Shown: positions 49,440 to 62,413 of the stretch, in pieces
Numbering within the stretch: position 1 is the first letter of the stretch
Layout of the letters: each line of letters opens with the position of its first letter
Origin: Dicyema japonicum
Taxonomy: Eukaryota; Animalia; Dicyemida
Reading direction: 5' to 3'
Assembly: GCA_011109175.1 (NCBI GenBank)
Contig: RDEW01000014.1
Span: 62,001-126,000 of the forward strand
DNA: 64,000 nt
Position numbers and translations under genes: made by a program
The notes under the pieces: generated by a model
The model's database searches: none
The model's input: the letters and a program-made list of their open reading frames with translations, nothing else
What the model was told of the DNA's origin: nothing

Positions 49440-51350
49440 GGAGGAGATTTTGCAAGAACCTAATTCATCGATGACGAATATGTCCCTGTTAACAAGGCAG
49501 CTATTATGTTAACTTCAGTTATTCGAAAAGCGGACAGAATGTTCATCCCAATATCCTCTTACAGAAAATTCAATCAGAAACTATCTTCAGGTATCCTGAA
49601 ACTTATCAAGAAACGGGATGCCGTAATGAAAACTGGAATACAATTAGATGGCCCTATATTGTCCATACGATATCTAAATAACAGAATTTCACAACATATC
49701 CGTGAAAAACACAGACACAAGTGGAGTCAGCTTGTTGGTCGAATATGCCGCAAGAACTTGTGGAAACCTTTTGGAAGACATTTAAGAGTATCAACAGCCT
49801 CACAAAGGAAGATGACGGCGGAGTGAAAACCGTTATCCTTGAGCCGGAACTTGCACGGAATCTCGCTAATATCCTCTTGAAATACTATGTATCGATCAGT
49901 AACAAGGATTCCCCTCTCTCTTTACATGTCAAACGATGTGGTCCACAACAATCGACATTTACTACGTTCTTCACTTCCTACGAAGTGGAAAAGACTATTA
50001 AATTTCTACGATCAACTCGAGCATGTGGTCTCCACCTCAAGCACTTAGGACCTTACCTCAAATTGTATCATCAAGACTATACAACCATTCTATAGATTAC
50101 TAAACAATACCAAACATATGGAAGAACTCATTGATTACTCCAAGCCTGGAATATCAAAAGACATTCAATCCTCTTACCAAAAGCCCTGTCTCCATAACTG
50201 TGCCTTGCAAAAGTGCAGGAGAAGCTTGTACTACTATCTTCCCAGTTCTACAATTTTCTGATTTTCAACATGGTTTCAGATAAGGGCGTTCTACAACGAC
50301 GCATTTGGGATCTGTCTCTCAGTTCATCACAAACGGCTTAAACATAAAGACACACTTACAGACGCCTTTGGTGTCTATAGATATATAGAATACCTTCGAC
50401 TCGGTTTCGAGGACTCTTCTAACAAAGAAAATCTTTAACTCAAATTTACATACGAGCATCATGCTATGGCTGAAAATTTCTTAAATGGACGACGTGAAAG
50501 AACAGGATTGAAAAAATTGTTCTCACAAGGCTCCATAATGTGGTCTCACAAGGATCCTCTCTGCCTTCTCAATTATTTAACTAATTTCTACACGATTTGC
50601 CTACTATCAAACATCAGGACACTATGTTTTTATCTTACGCGGACGACCTGATTTTCGCTGAAGGGACAAATCTCAATCCAGGGCAGTGACCGTGATTCAG
50701 TCACACCTCAACCTAGGTGTTTGACTGGCGATTCAAGAATTTGTTATCTCTGTTGGTATTAAAGTCTCAGGTCATTTATTTACAACGGACAGAAGATTTA
50801 AAGAAACTTGAGATATTCCTCGGACACATTCCATCTCATAAATGCAGAACATCCTTGTAGTGATGATTGACTCTCTTATGACGTTATCCAGTCATACGAA
50901 AGAAGTATTACAAAGGATCTTCGAAAATGGAACGTCTTAAAAAATTATGCTGACGGTTGAATATGCTTGTTCTGGCTGGAGATCGATATTCCTTCTACGA
51001 GGATGGAGCATATGAACTCTCTCAGACGTAAGATCATGAGGCATATGCAATCAGACTCCACATCTATCCCATCTCTTTTAAGAGGAGGCGACGATGGATA
51101 TGACCAGGGCTTCCTACGAATGTGCGATGAGCTAGGAAAAACAATTCAGAAAAATGCAAAGGAATTAGATCGGCATTAAAAAAGTGCATTCCGATAGAAT
51201 AAAAGAAGACACTTGAGGACACTTCAGGAACGCTGTTGGTTCACTAGTGGAGCATTCGAAGAGAATTCGAGAGATGCTGAGGCTGGAATCACTTAAATAT
51301 CGAGTTAATTCTTTCTTTCTTGGAGGTCTTGGTGTTTTAAAGTAATAATA
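49440..51350 (+). mobile_element. Jockey-like LINE ORF2 remnant (linker through RT)
   Basis: FFTSYEVEKTIKFLRSTRACG..LKHLGP, GRSTTT, LVSIDI*NTFDSV, VSQGSSLPSQLFN*FLHDLP, LSYADDL. Confidence 0.88.
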
Positions 51351-53439
51351 ATGCCATAAGTCCATTTTTAGAAATTTTAGTTGTCATAAAAATTGTCCTA
51401 ATTATGAGAGTAGAGAATCTAGCTAATTGGAGAACTTAATTGGTTTGAAAAAATGATGATCATCATTTGACCCTATCTATTATACCTTGTTGTTATTGTA
51501 ACTAATTTTTTAAATCAATTTTTAATATTTAAAAGCAAGAAGAAATAGAATTAATATATTATTCAAAATACTTAATAAAATTGAATAAATGACTTAAATT
51601 GAATATATTAACCAAATTTATTTCTAACAAAAAACCCCTATATCCCATAGTTATTTTAGCATTTATTAATTACGCTTGCGACACGTGCCAAACACGTTGG
51701 TTGAGTTTCTTATTGCACTACACACTGAAATAATATTTATAATTACAAATGCGATTTGCTGATTTGTGAGATCTTCTAATAATATTAACATCAAAAAAAT
51801 ACAGTCCATCACTTGTCAATAATAATAAATCCACAAGCTAAGGTGTATACCTAAACTAAATATAATTCTATACGCTTTTGGATTGTTCATTGGATCAATA
51901 CATAATGCTCGCATACTAATTTAATAATAAATATACTAATATAATTCAACTCGATATGCTACTAAATGATTGTATAATGGAATATAGGAAATTCACTATT
52001 AATTATAATACATACACAGACGAAGATTTATAGAGCTTCTGCAAAATAATATGTATAAATTTTAGTATGAGACAATTTTAAAGATCTATCAATTTAAAAT
52101 ATAAAACATTATCTAATTGAATTAGGGAAAGTATTCGAAAATAGTTGTAATACTATCATCTTTGGCAAAACTATAAATGATTTAATGTAATACAATCGTC
52201 TAAGATTCATTTTATTAAATGAAAAATATTTCGGGAAGTAAATTATATTTCGTGCTATAAGAATAATGATACTGAATCGTAGCTAAGTTCAGGATTTTTG
52301 CCTAATGAACAGTTTATCCATTCTCTGTGATAATAATAATTTTAAATTAATACAATTGCCATCAACGATTACTTGATCGTTACATAACTTGACCATTATT
52401 GATCGATAAAACAATACAGTAAAGATAATGGAATAGTACATCAAAATTATTACATCAATTTACGAAATTTCTGCTTATAAGCCTATTAATTAATTCATAT
52501 TTCACCGGCCATAGCGTCGACTTTGCGCTGACACTAGTGCTTAGAAAAAATATTCTTCCAATATAACTTCCTAACAGCTTATCAGTTTCCCTAATAATAT
52601 CACATCAATAATCTCAAAGAACGTTCGTTCGTTATTTTACATTATCCATATGATTACCACTCTAAGACAGTGCTTTAACAAGACAGTTTCTACTCGTTCA
52701 CGTAATACAAAAACAAAAGGATTAAAGTCACATCACAATAAATACCTCAATGGATAATATTCTGACTTTTATATTTATATAAGTGGAAGATTTAATAGTG
52801 ATTTTTTCTACAATTTCTTGAAAATTGGATGAACATTGTTGATCAGTTTTACGACGACTAACTGGACATGTATAGAAAACGAATTTTCGTTAAGAATCAT
52901 AGTGACCAACAATTTAAAATAACCTAATTTTACATCAATATTGTTGTGGTAAATCAGATGACTATTTCTGTTGTATATTAATTTTTAACGTTGCTTTAGA
53001 TTGTTACTTGATTTTATTTCTGAGATATTTATAGATCTTGGTAATTGTCTCTTTTCCTATTCGTACTATTCGCTCTATTGTTTTGAAAAGCAAATAAGAT
53101 AATCATCTCCAAATGGAAGTTTCACCTTGTTCATATTCTTCATATTGGAAAGGCTATTTTTTAATTAATTTTGACAACAAGGAAATTTGATGCTTATTTG
53201 AATATTTTGAATTAATTAACACAATTTTATATTTAAAAATTACTTTATTTATTAAATAAAACTTAGATATCTCAAATCTTCCATATTTGTTGATAACGAA
53301 GATTTTACTTTAAGACTATGAAATTCTACAGAAATTTTCCGGTCAATGATAAGACCAACCATTTTACATCTTATATGATGTAAAGTTAAGCCTACTACTA
53401 ATGTTAAAGAATGTGCTAATTTAGTAATTGCTGATAAGC

Positions 53440-55024
53440 AAAGCACTAAAAATCTCAATCACAGCGCAAGAGGTGGAATTAGCGATAAATAAACTGAAGA
53501 ACAACAAGAGAACTGGGCCGGACAAAACAAGCCCTGAGATCCTAAAATGTGGCAAAAAACATAGCGACACAATTGCAAAAACCCTAAATTGCATCTTTGA
53601 AACTAATACCGATCTAAGACTTGTAAATGGATTATTAATACCTATACAGAAATCGAACAAATCAAAAGAACTAGTAGAAAATCTCCCCCGATAATACTTC
53701 TTAATTCGATACGCAAGGTGCTGGCGAAAATTGCACTAAGCCGGATAACAGGTTAGGCGGATCTATACCTACCATCAAGTCATAGTTGGTTGCGAGAAGG
53801 GAGGTCTACGCCAGATATTGTATGGAGCCACAGATGGCGCTGCGCAACGCACCAAAGTTCATGAGCGCAAAGGATCGACTGGGAATAGATCTCTCCAAAG
53901 CTTTCGACTCAATAAACAGACAGAAACTGACGAATGTGCTTGAGCAAATAATGGATGAATCGTCGGTTAGGATAATCAGACTACTACTTGAGAACACAAG
54001 ACTACCTGTGAGGACAGAAGGAGCAACTTCCCGCAGTGTCAAAACAACGATTGGGACACCCAAGGATGATTCTCTCTCCCCTTTACTATTCACCATATAC
54101 CTTGAATCTGCACTCGCACCTCCGTAAATGCTATATACCAGACATAGAAAGATATCTTATGCGGATTATGTGGATTTGTATCACGGGACGTGACCGCACT
54201 CCAACACCTATAGAAAATGCACCTGCGGAGGTTGAGAAATGGTTTCTCAGCGTAAATGTAACGAAACTGAAATTATGGAAATCAAAAGAGATGACGATAA
54301 TACTCATGAAAGACGTACAAGCTCGACTCTATACTAGGATACGCTGAAGATGTACTAAGGAGGAATACACTGGCAAATGCGGCAATGGCTAAACTGAAGA
54401 AAGGATGGCTAAGAGCCAAAACACTTGGAATTGAAATCAGATGCAGACTTTACAACGCGTTTGTGAAACCGATTACTGTAAACGCTGGGACCTGGAAGTT
54501 TTCAACGAACTATTAAAACTGGATTCGTTCCATAGAAGGCAACTAAGAAGCTTACTCGGAATGAAGTGGTCACGTAGAATATCAACCACTGGTATCTACT
54601 ACAAGTGATGTGTTCTTACATCAGCAAGGATGTGATAGATGCCCGGTGGAGGCTATTTGGGCATGTACTAAGAATAAACCCGGTTGTACCCGCTAACAAA
54701 GCAATGGAAGATTACTTTGACAGTTGCGACAAACCCTTCCGTGGAAGACCTAGATCGACACTTCCGACTGCCTTAAACAATGACTAAATCGTGTGAGAAA
54801 AAATCTAAAGACGGGGACGACCTGGCCAAATTGAGATCACTCGCATTCGACAGAGGAAGATGGAAAAACTAACTATAAATATTGTTTCTTTGACTGTTTC
54901 ACATGCGGGGCTATGAACATTATGGCTTTCGTGAAAGTGCAATAGAATAATCCCAGACGTCTAAAGCAAATGAATGAAAATCCCTCGTTATATCCAATTA
55001 GATCCAGTTAGTTAGTTAGTTAGG
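53440..55024 (+). mobile_element. RTE-like LINE: RT to 3' end, with a (GTTA)n tract downstream
   Basis: EVELAINKLKNNKRTGPD, LGIDLSKAFDSINR, IGTPKDDSLSPLLFTIYLESAL, ISYADY, RWRLFGHVLR, FRGRPR; gttagttagttagtta at ~55008-55022. Confidence 0.92.
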
Positions 55025-55959
55025 TAACCCCGCACTCACTCACTTGTAGGAGGTCAGCGCTATTAAATAGAACTCAGTAAATGACGGTGGCTCGCATGGA
55101 TCGTCCAGTCGCGGAATTGTAGACGAACATTGCGCTAATTCATGACATTTAAGTCAAGAAAAACATCTTACGTCGGTAGAAAAGGGTGGTGGCCACATCG
55201 TAGACGAACGCAGATATCCCTCGGAAGAGAGAATTCTGATTGGTCTATTGGAAAAGAGAGCCGGTGTAAAGCAGAACTTTGGGAGCAAAAGTTATGTGCT
55301 CACTCAATGGTCGCCATCCGTCTTCCCAGAGGTATTAATTAGGTTGACAGGGGACTAATTGTGGTCTTTTAGTTGACAGATTAAACTTCTTCACGTAAAA
55401 GTGTACCACATCGGAAATCGGATAACTGATTAATTAATTTAATTTTTTAAATATTAAATCGTGCTTACGGTTGAAGAAAAGTTCGAGATCTCTGTTAAAT
55501 ATATTTATAACAACGTGTTTTATGGACTTAGCGGCGTGGCGCCATGTGGTGCTGCGTGGTTAATTCGTTAAAGTTTTCTGCTTCCTTGTCTGTTCCTCCT
55601 TTCTCTTTTTATTAGAGTGGCGTCATGTGATCCATTTCTCTAGGTAGCGCCCAGTGCCAGGACGGCACGAAAAAGGATCATTTGCTGTCCCCAACTCCAC
55701 TGGACGGGTTTCCACACTGCATGTAATGGACGTCTTGCCTTTCATGCTGATTCCGAATGGACTCTGTAGAAGTGGAAACTGGATACACTTAATTAGTTGT
55801 TTACTTTAACTTCTTTCTTGGTGTATCCGGGGTTATTAAATGTTAAATTAAAATAACAACGTGTTGTGTGTGTGATCAACGAAAATCTCAGATGGAAAAT
55901 AAAGAACAAAAAGAAGACGAAGTAGATAAATAAAGCCAGTACGGACAAATCAGGTATGT

Positions 55960-57340
55960 CTCTTTTGTGGACAGTCGAATATCAGGAAATTTGGAATTAA
56001 CTGCACGCCGTGGAAGAATTCGTTGTTGAGATATATACTCAGTGTGCGAGTTAATTGTCTTCGATAAATTGTAAGAATTGTTTGTAAAATCTCTACGTGG
56101 ATGGAGATATTGTCACCATCTAGTCAGAAAACTAAGTCTATCGTTTTTAGACATTACAGGAGGTGAAATGAACATTTTTATCGTTGGATGCAATAATAAG
56201 GTCATCATCGCAAAATAAGATAATCATTTTCTGGGTCGTTGGGATGTCGTTGAGTAAGGTCAAAAGATGATGGTGAGAGAACTGATCTCTAAGTTGATAC
56301 TATTAGAGATGTAGTTGAATCGGGACATATGGGAATGAAAACATGTTGACCCAGTCTTCCGAAAAGAATATTGTGATCCAGGATGAGTCATCCATGCTGA
56401 ACGGATCTTGTTCGTGAGAACCACATAAGAGATATGTTAAAACTATTGTCAGGTCGATTGAGACGGAAAACATTTCATGAGGAGGTTTTCGAATTATTAA
56501 AACCGTCTGCAATAAACTGACAGCTCTTCTATTTATTTGTCAAAGTTCCCTTTAACACCCTTGGGCGATTTCCCAGTACTATCCAGCAGCCTGCTGACTC
56601 TGACAAAATATTCCTATATTTGCCCGCTTGACATTTCGTGTCGACATTTTCAGCAACTTCGAAATTTTTTCGCCTTATTTTTTACAATATTGTCGGAAGC
56701 ACATAGAGCCTCCATGGTCGAGGTCCTGCTTCGCGTACGATATGCAATTTCTCAGAAGATTCCAAAGCTTCGTTTTAGATTGAGACATGCCACTATTTGT
56801 CTGTGATCACTCTAGGTTATTATGGCACTGTACGTACGGGAGTCCGTGTGTGGACCCTTCTGTGTTTGACTGATTCAAAGGACTTTCAAATGACTCGCAG
56901 ATATGTATAAAGTCCTCCCCAGACAGATATCCTATCCCTCGAGCGTAGCTGCTTAAGCAATATGATTCGTCCTGCTTTTTATCCACTATGGAATTCAGTC
57001 TCCGCTATAAGAGAATGTAACATCTCACAGAGGAGTAAGACTATGATAAGGAAGAAAAATTGTTATGTTTTTCTGCGTTAGCGGATACTCTCACTGTGGT
57101 TTTGCATATGCATTGATAATCAATAGAGTAGTATTACAGTTATTTCCGAAGCGTAGTGGAGGATGGCAATCCTTTCGGTGATGGTCAATTCTTTTTGAGC
57201 CACCACAACAGCGTCCACACGTATAGCGAACCCATCCCACAATAAGAGCAGTCGATGGATACCCGTTCATTGTTTCATACAGACCTTTGTTGACTTGATT
57301 CTTTGGATTGCTTTTAATAATAATAATTTCAAAGAGCATG
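55960..57340 (-). mobile_element. RTE-like APE-linker-RT N-terminal remnant
   Basis: WVRYT, LIINAYAK..., ILTIYRRQL; ~700 bp longer than the copy at 40130-40860. Confidence 0.75.
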
Positions 57341-58146
57341 TCTTGCTTGGAAGGAGCTGAAGCTACTATGACTCTTCGTATTCCTAGATTATCGGGGAAA
57401 GCTAACCCGTCTCAATGTAAGTATCAACCCTACTACGAACGTAGTTATGAAAACTAAAAAATGTAAAAGATATAGTTAAAACGTTGCTAACTTGATGACA
57501 ATGAAAGGGTAAATAATAAGTTTCGCATTAAAAATTATCCGCTTAATCAAGCCTCCACTTTTATCAAGATCTAGTCGTGGAATTTTGCAAGTGGTTTTAT
57601 TATCTCGACAACATTTTGCTGTTGCGAGGACCCATAATCAGGGTTCTAAATTCTACGTTGTTAAAACGTTAGATCAATCAAGTAGATACTATTATGTTGT
57701 TATTTTAACTAACCATTTGTCTTTTTTATTGATGACTTTTAAATATTCAAAAAGAGGTTGTAATTAAATGGTAAAATCTATTAATTAATTTCAAAGGGTT
57801 GTCAGACTGGAGATAACTCTAATGACTAAAACAAAGGTAATTCAACAATCAGTTATGCAAGGAAAATTCCGTATGAGAAAAGCAATTAGGATCAGTTATT
57901 GTTTCTCCCAATTAAGACTTGACTTAGTTAAAAAATTTTCGCCATTTTCGAACAATCAGTATTGTAATTTAAAAAACAGATGTAACCAATTAGGTTACCT
58001 TTAGTATTTAAAGACTTGAGAATATAGACGATCCTGAGAATCGACAACTATATAAAAACACGTGACTAAAGTATAAAATCAAGTAATCTAAAAATTATTA
58101 AAACTATTTAATCTAAAAATCAAATTTTAACTAATTAAATATTAAA

Positions 58147-59295
58147 TTATTGAATTATGGGATAAAGCTATTTAGAGGAAATTTGCAGTTATTCTTTCCG
58201 CGTGCCAATTTCAAGTATCCATTAATTCCCCAATATTTTCTCCATCCATTTTTAATAAGCCAATATTTTTTGCCTTCGAAACTCCATAACCAACAACAGA
58301 CATTACATGATAGCTTCATATTTAAAACAAGTTTAGTATAGTATATTCCTTAAACGTTTCACTTATATTTACCTCGATGATAATTATGAAAGCTATTCAG
58401 AGAAGTATAAAAAAAACAGTAACAGGTCCATACTTCACGAGAACATGCATAAGCATTTTTTCATCACCATCTTTAATTCTTTTATAGCTAGTTAAATTAA
58501 ATTTAATATTTGGTTGTCCATTATTGCATTTACCTTCTACATAATTTTTTCAATAAAACCTTTCCCTTATATGGATATCGCTTTTCAGAATTAATTCCTC
58601 CGTTTTTCATTATATATTATAGCTATATTTGTATTTCCTCCATGCACCATGATCATGTGCACAATCAATAATGTTTTGTTCGCTCAAAGTTACAAGAATA
58701 TTGTGTCTGATTGCAAATGCGACTCCAAAGTAGCCAACTAAATACATTAAACAGTCGTTAACTGCCCCAAATGCAAAGCATGAGCCGCATTCGTCCCTGC
58801 ATTTTTACTTAGTAACACATTTTTGCTTTCTCCAATTAAAAGATGAAGGAATTTATTTTATTAACGTTCACTGAGTAATCTTTAGTAATTCATTTTCGTA
58901 TGATTCATAAAAAATATACGAACCCGATAATTTTGTTGGTATGGTAATTTCTCTTATTGTCTACGAGAATAAATTGTAATTTAACCAAATCAGAAAACTG
59001 ATTAATTCCTAATTCATACGTAACTTTTCCTTGCTTTGAAAGCAAATTGTGACTGTTAATAAATCTTACCTTTTCTTTAAAAATAGCCATTCTCACTTGA
59101 AGTTCCAGTCCAGAATATGATTTATCTAAAGTGAAAATTATCTTGACTATATTTTTCTATGAAATTATTCCATTGGATTTCAAAATATTCATTCTCTTTG
59201 ATGAAATCATTGATTAATTCATACTTGAAATGAATTGTAGATGAAATAAAGTAATTTAAAAATAAAGGGCAAGTAAAGATAATCAGACAGATCAT
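58147..59295 (-). pseudogene. Cathepsin L-like protease, copy B; exon 1 open, mature domain frameshifted
   Basis: MICLIIFTCPLFLNYFISS..., RMAIFKEKVRFINSHN, GINQFSD, CGSCFAFG. Lost splice acceptor before FPSSF and several 1-nt deletions (e.g. actaagtaa). Confidence 0.92.
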
Positions 59296-60399
59296 TTAAT
59301 TAATTCCGCCTATTTTTTTGAAAAAAAATTTTTTCAAATATAAATATTATAAAATTTATTTATGAAAAAAAATATCTTATCAACCTTTATTTTTATTAAT
59401 ATTGAATAATGCGTGTATGTTGATGAAATTCATCAGGTTTCTTAGTATAGTTAGTTTGTTTTTAAAAACTGGTTTAAGGATGATAAATAAACAATAAATA
59501 ACCATATAATTGGCATAATGTTATCGTGTACTACATTTGCTACTTGACTAAAAATTTCTCTAACTTCTAGCAGATCCACCTTACTCATAAGACACCAAAT
59601 CTCAGGCATTCATCAAAATGAACTATTTTTTAATACTACAGAAAGTTTGATCAGGATTTGCGGTATTATTCATCAAGAAGCGTTAGCTGACAAATCAGTC
59701 AAAAGACGGTATGGTGATGCTAAGGCAGTTAATTTTATTTTATCACGTGTCTTTATCATCGTGTGTTCTGACAATTTTTAATGGATACTGATGCAAAATA
59801 TGGAGAGATATCTTATATTTTATCATTAATTTTCAAGTTCATAAAATTCTACAAAACATTTTTTTAATTCCGTTTGATATTAAAACTGAAAAATCTCCAG
59901 ATTGTTCTCAAATGTTGCATGAATTTTCAGGGTCACCTTCACGTAATCTAGAGTCTTTCCTCATAGAGGCCTCAAGAGGCGTAGGTTCGGTTCGATTGAT
60001 CTTCACAAATCCAATGCTATGTTACTCTGTACGCCCTCTTTTGTATTTACTCAATTTTCCTCAATTTTTCTCCAAGATATGGACGGTAACCAACATGCGC
60101 GTGCATTGAGAAACATGGCTCTATGTACTGCATTATAATCAAAATTAGAAAGATAGTTTTACAAACCGACGAAATACACAACTTTATGAGTTCATTCAGT
60201 TAAATCCCAATCGGTCTTAAAAACTCTGGAATAGTTGGAGAAATCAATAGAGTCATCAATGAAATAAGGAATGGAATTGCAATGAGACTCAAACTAACCT
60301 GTAACGAAGATTTTCCACAGCGCCTGGGAATTTTCTTCATCCACAGTTTATGTTAAAAAATGTTTTCCAAAAACGAGCTTTTTAAGTGACTGATGTCCC

Positions 60400-60590
60400 C
60401 TCCGTGCTCTAATCCGTCTGTACGTGTGACGCCCAAAAAACTGTCATTGCCTGTTCAGCTTGTGAGAAAGCAGAAAATAGAAGAGTTCAAGTATGCTGAA
60501 CCCACCAATAATGTGACTTTTGTTAGATTTGAAGTGGAATATTTAGAATGTTTAAACTCACACTAGCCTTAATTGACATTCGGGAGATGG
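60400..60590 (+). mobile_element. CRE-like REL fragment, specific to copy B
   Basis: ACSACEKAE...KYAEPTNNVTFVRFEVE. Confidence 0.55.
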
Positions 60591-62413
60591 TATGTGAAAT
60601 TTTTCAATCTTAAGAAAGAGCACTAAGGATCGAATTATTTTCACTTGGTTTCAATACTCTTTTTTGAAAAGAGACGGTAACTCCCCAACCACGTGTTGAA
60701 TTTAAAACAAATACCTGAAGTACGATAGATCAGCAAATAGAACATAACATGACTATCCTTTTGAATTTTCGATAATTTCCATCTTTTTCGACAAAGTTTT
60801 ATTAAAGGAAGTCTCCTTATCCTCAACTACCTTCAGCAAACGCTATGAATGTCAAAAAGTGAATTCCTCATACTTAACCATCCTGCGATTAGATTCCTCT
60901 TCTGCCATTCTGTAGCAAAATTCTACAAAAATAAGTCATTTAAGACTGAATTTTGTTCTGGAGTTACAATTTCATCTCAATAAAATAAGACAGTTTCCAC
61001 TTCATCCATTAGCATTTGAACCTTCGGATGTAGACGGCAATGTAACCAGAGGTATCGGGAGGTTGAGCAGTATGTGTAGGATTCATAAATTTTCTGAACT
61101 GTAGAAGCCTTTGAAAATTTTTTTTAGGTTATAATTAGGTAGCTGCTGTTATAACATGGTTGGAAAGAGAGAGGCAATCCACTCAGGTGGCGTCCCAGGC
61201 TAAGGATCATTGGTGGTGCTATGTGGTGTCATAATACTACTTGATTGAAGATTTCTCTTCTTTTGTTGGTGTCATTATATGCAAGTTTCTCAAGATACAC
61301 CAAATGCCAGGCTGGCATTCAAAAGTATCGACCTCCCCATTTACTAAAATACTATTTTGTTCCCTTTAATCGACCTCAGCTAACTGGACAATGTCCTCTG
61401 GATCACATGGTTTGGATGAGGGTTCTACTGGAACGCGTCAGGATCACAGGATGGCTAGTTTAGTTTTATCGAAGATGACACTCCCCTCCATTAGTTGAAC
61501 AGTATGGTTTCTTGCTGAAGAAACCTATTTCATAATTCAAGATGCTGCTGAAGACATTCAGAAATTGTTTTTAGATCAATTTATGTGGAATATCTGGAAT
61601 CTAGATTTTTATCAATCAAGCTTTTTCCTAAACAAAAAATAAACATATTCTCTATTTCTGAAAAAAATTAATTAAAGAGAAGTTTTTCGTTTTGTAAGAA
61701 TTGCCATCAAAGAGTGAAATTTCAAACCAGAAAACGTTTTACCCAAGTCACCGTTCACGTGGGTTCCACAGCGAGTACTGCTGATGGTTCGATTCAAGGA
61801 AGTAACGTGGCATTGGGGATCAGTTCGTTTTCCAGCCGATCTCCGTTTTGATATCTGGCGATGTTAACCCGAGCACGTAAGTTTATTAGGTTAACCGGGC
61901 GGCTGCATGACTGGAAAGTTGAGCCGAAAATGATTCGATGGATCTTCCAGAACATTTTTATAAGATCATCAGAGCAATCAGAGATCGAAGACTATCAGTC
62001 CGCTTTTTATTTATTTTGAATTTATTAATTGTAAAAAAACTCAGTTAGTTTGTGGTAGTCAAACAATTAATATAGTGATTCCATAGATAGGAGCGGTTGG
62101 TAGTTTCTGGGAATCGATGAGCATTATATTCAGCCTCTCACGGACTTTAATTCTAATTCCGATTTCGTGGAAAATTGGAGTGAAAGTGAGGACAATTGTG
62201 ACTCATCGGTTATTTAGACATCTCACGGACTTTAATTCTAATTCCGAATCTTTAATTCGACGATAGCTACATTTGTCCAAAAAGAAAGTTAGACAATAAA
62301 ACTAATAAGTAACTGGTAGTTTATTATTTTTGTTGTAGAATATTATTTTTTTCTGTTGTTATAATATATTTATAAATAAATAATTTTTAATTTCAATTAA
62401 ATAAATTTAAAAA

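Larger units (their letters stand above)
56010..62195 (+). repeat. Direct segmental duplication, copy B (partner ~40300-48720)
   Basis: Collinear with copy A; lacks A's 44280-47630 insert and cathepsin fragment C. Confidence 0.95.

Noticed and set aside
52690-52770. YCDVTLI on the minus strand, resembling a BTB domain start
   Set aside because: The expected FxAHR/KxVL motif does not follow and stops intervene.
55060-55760. GC-richer block with a possible gag-like zinc knuckle (RCFS*LKCHELAQC, minus strand)
   Set aside because: Too degenerate to call; probably TE-derived.
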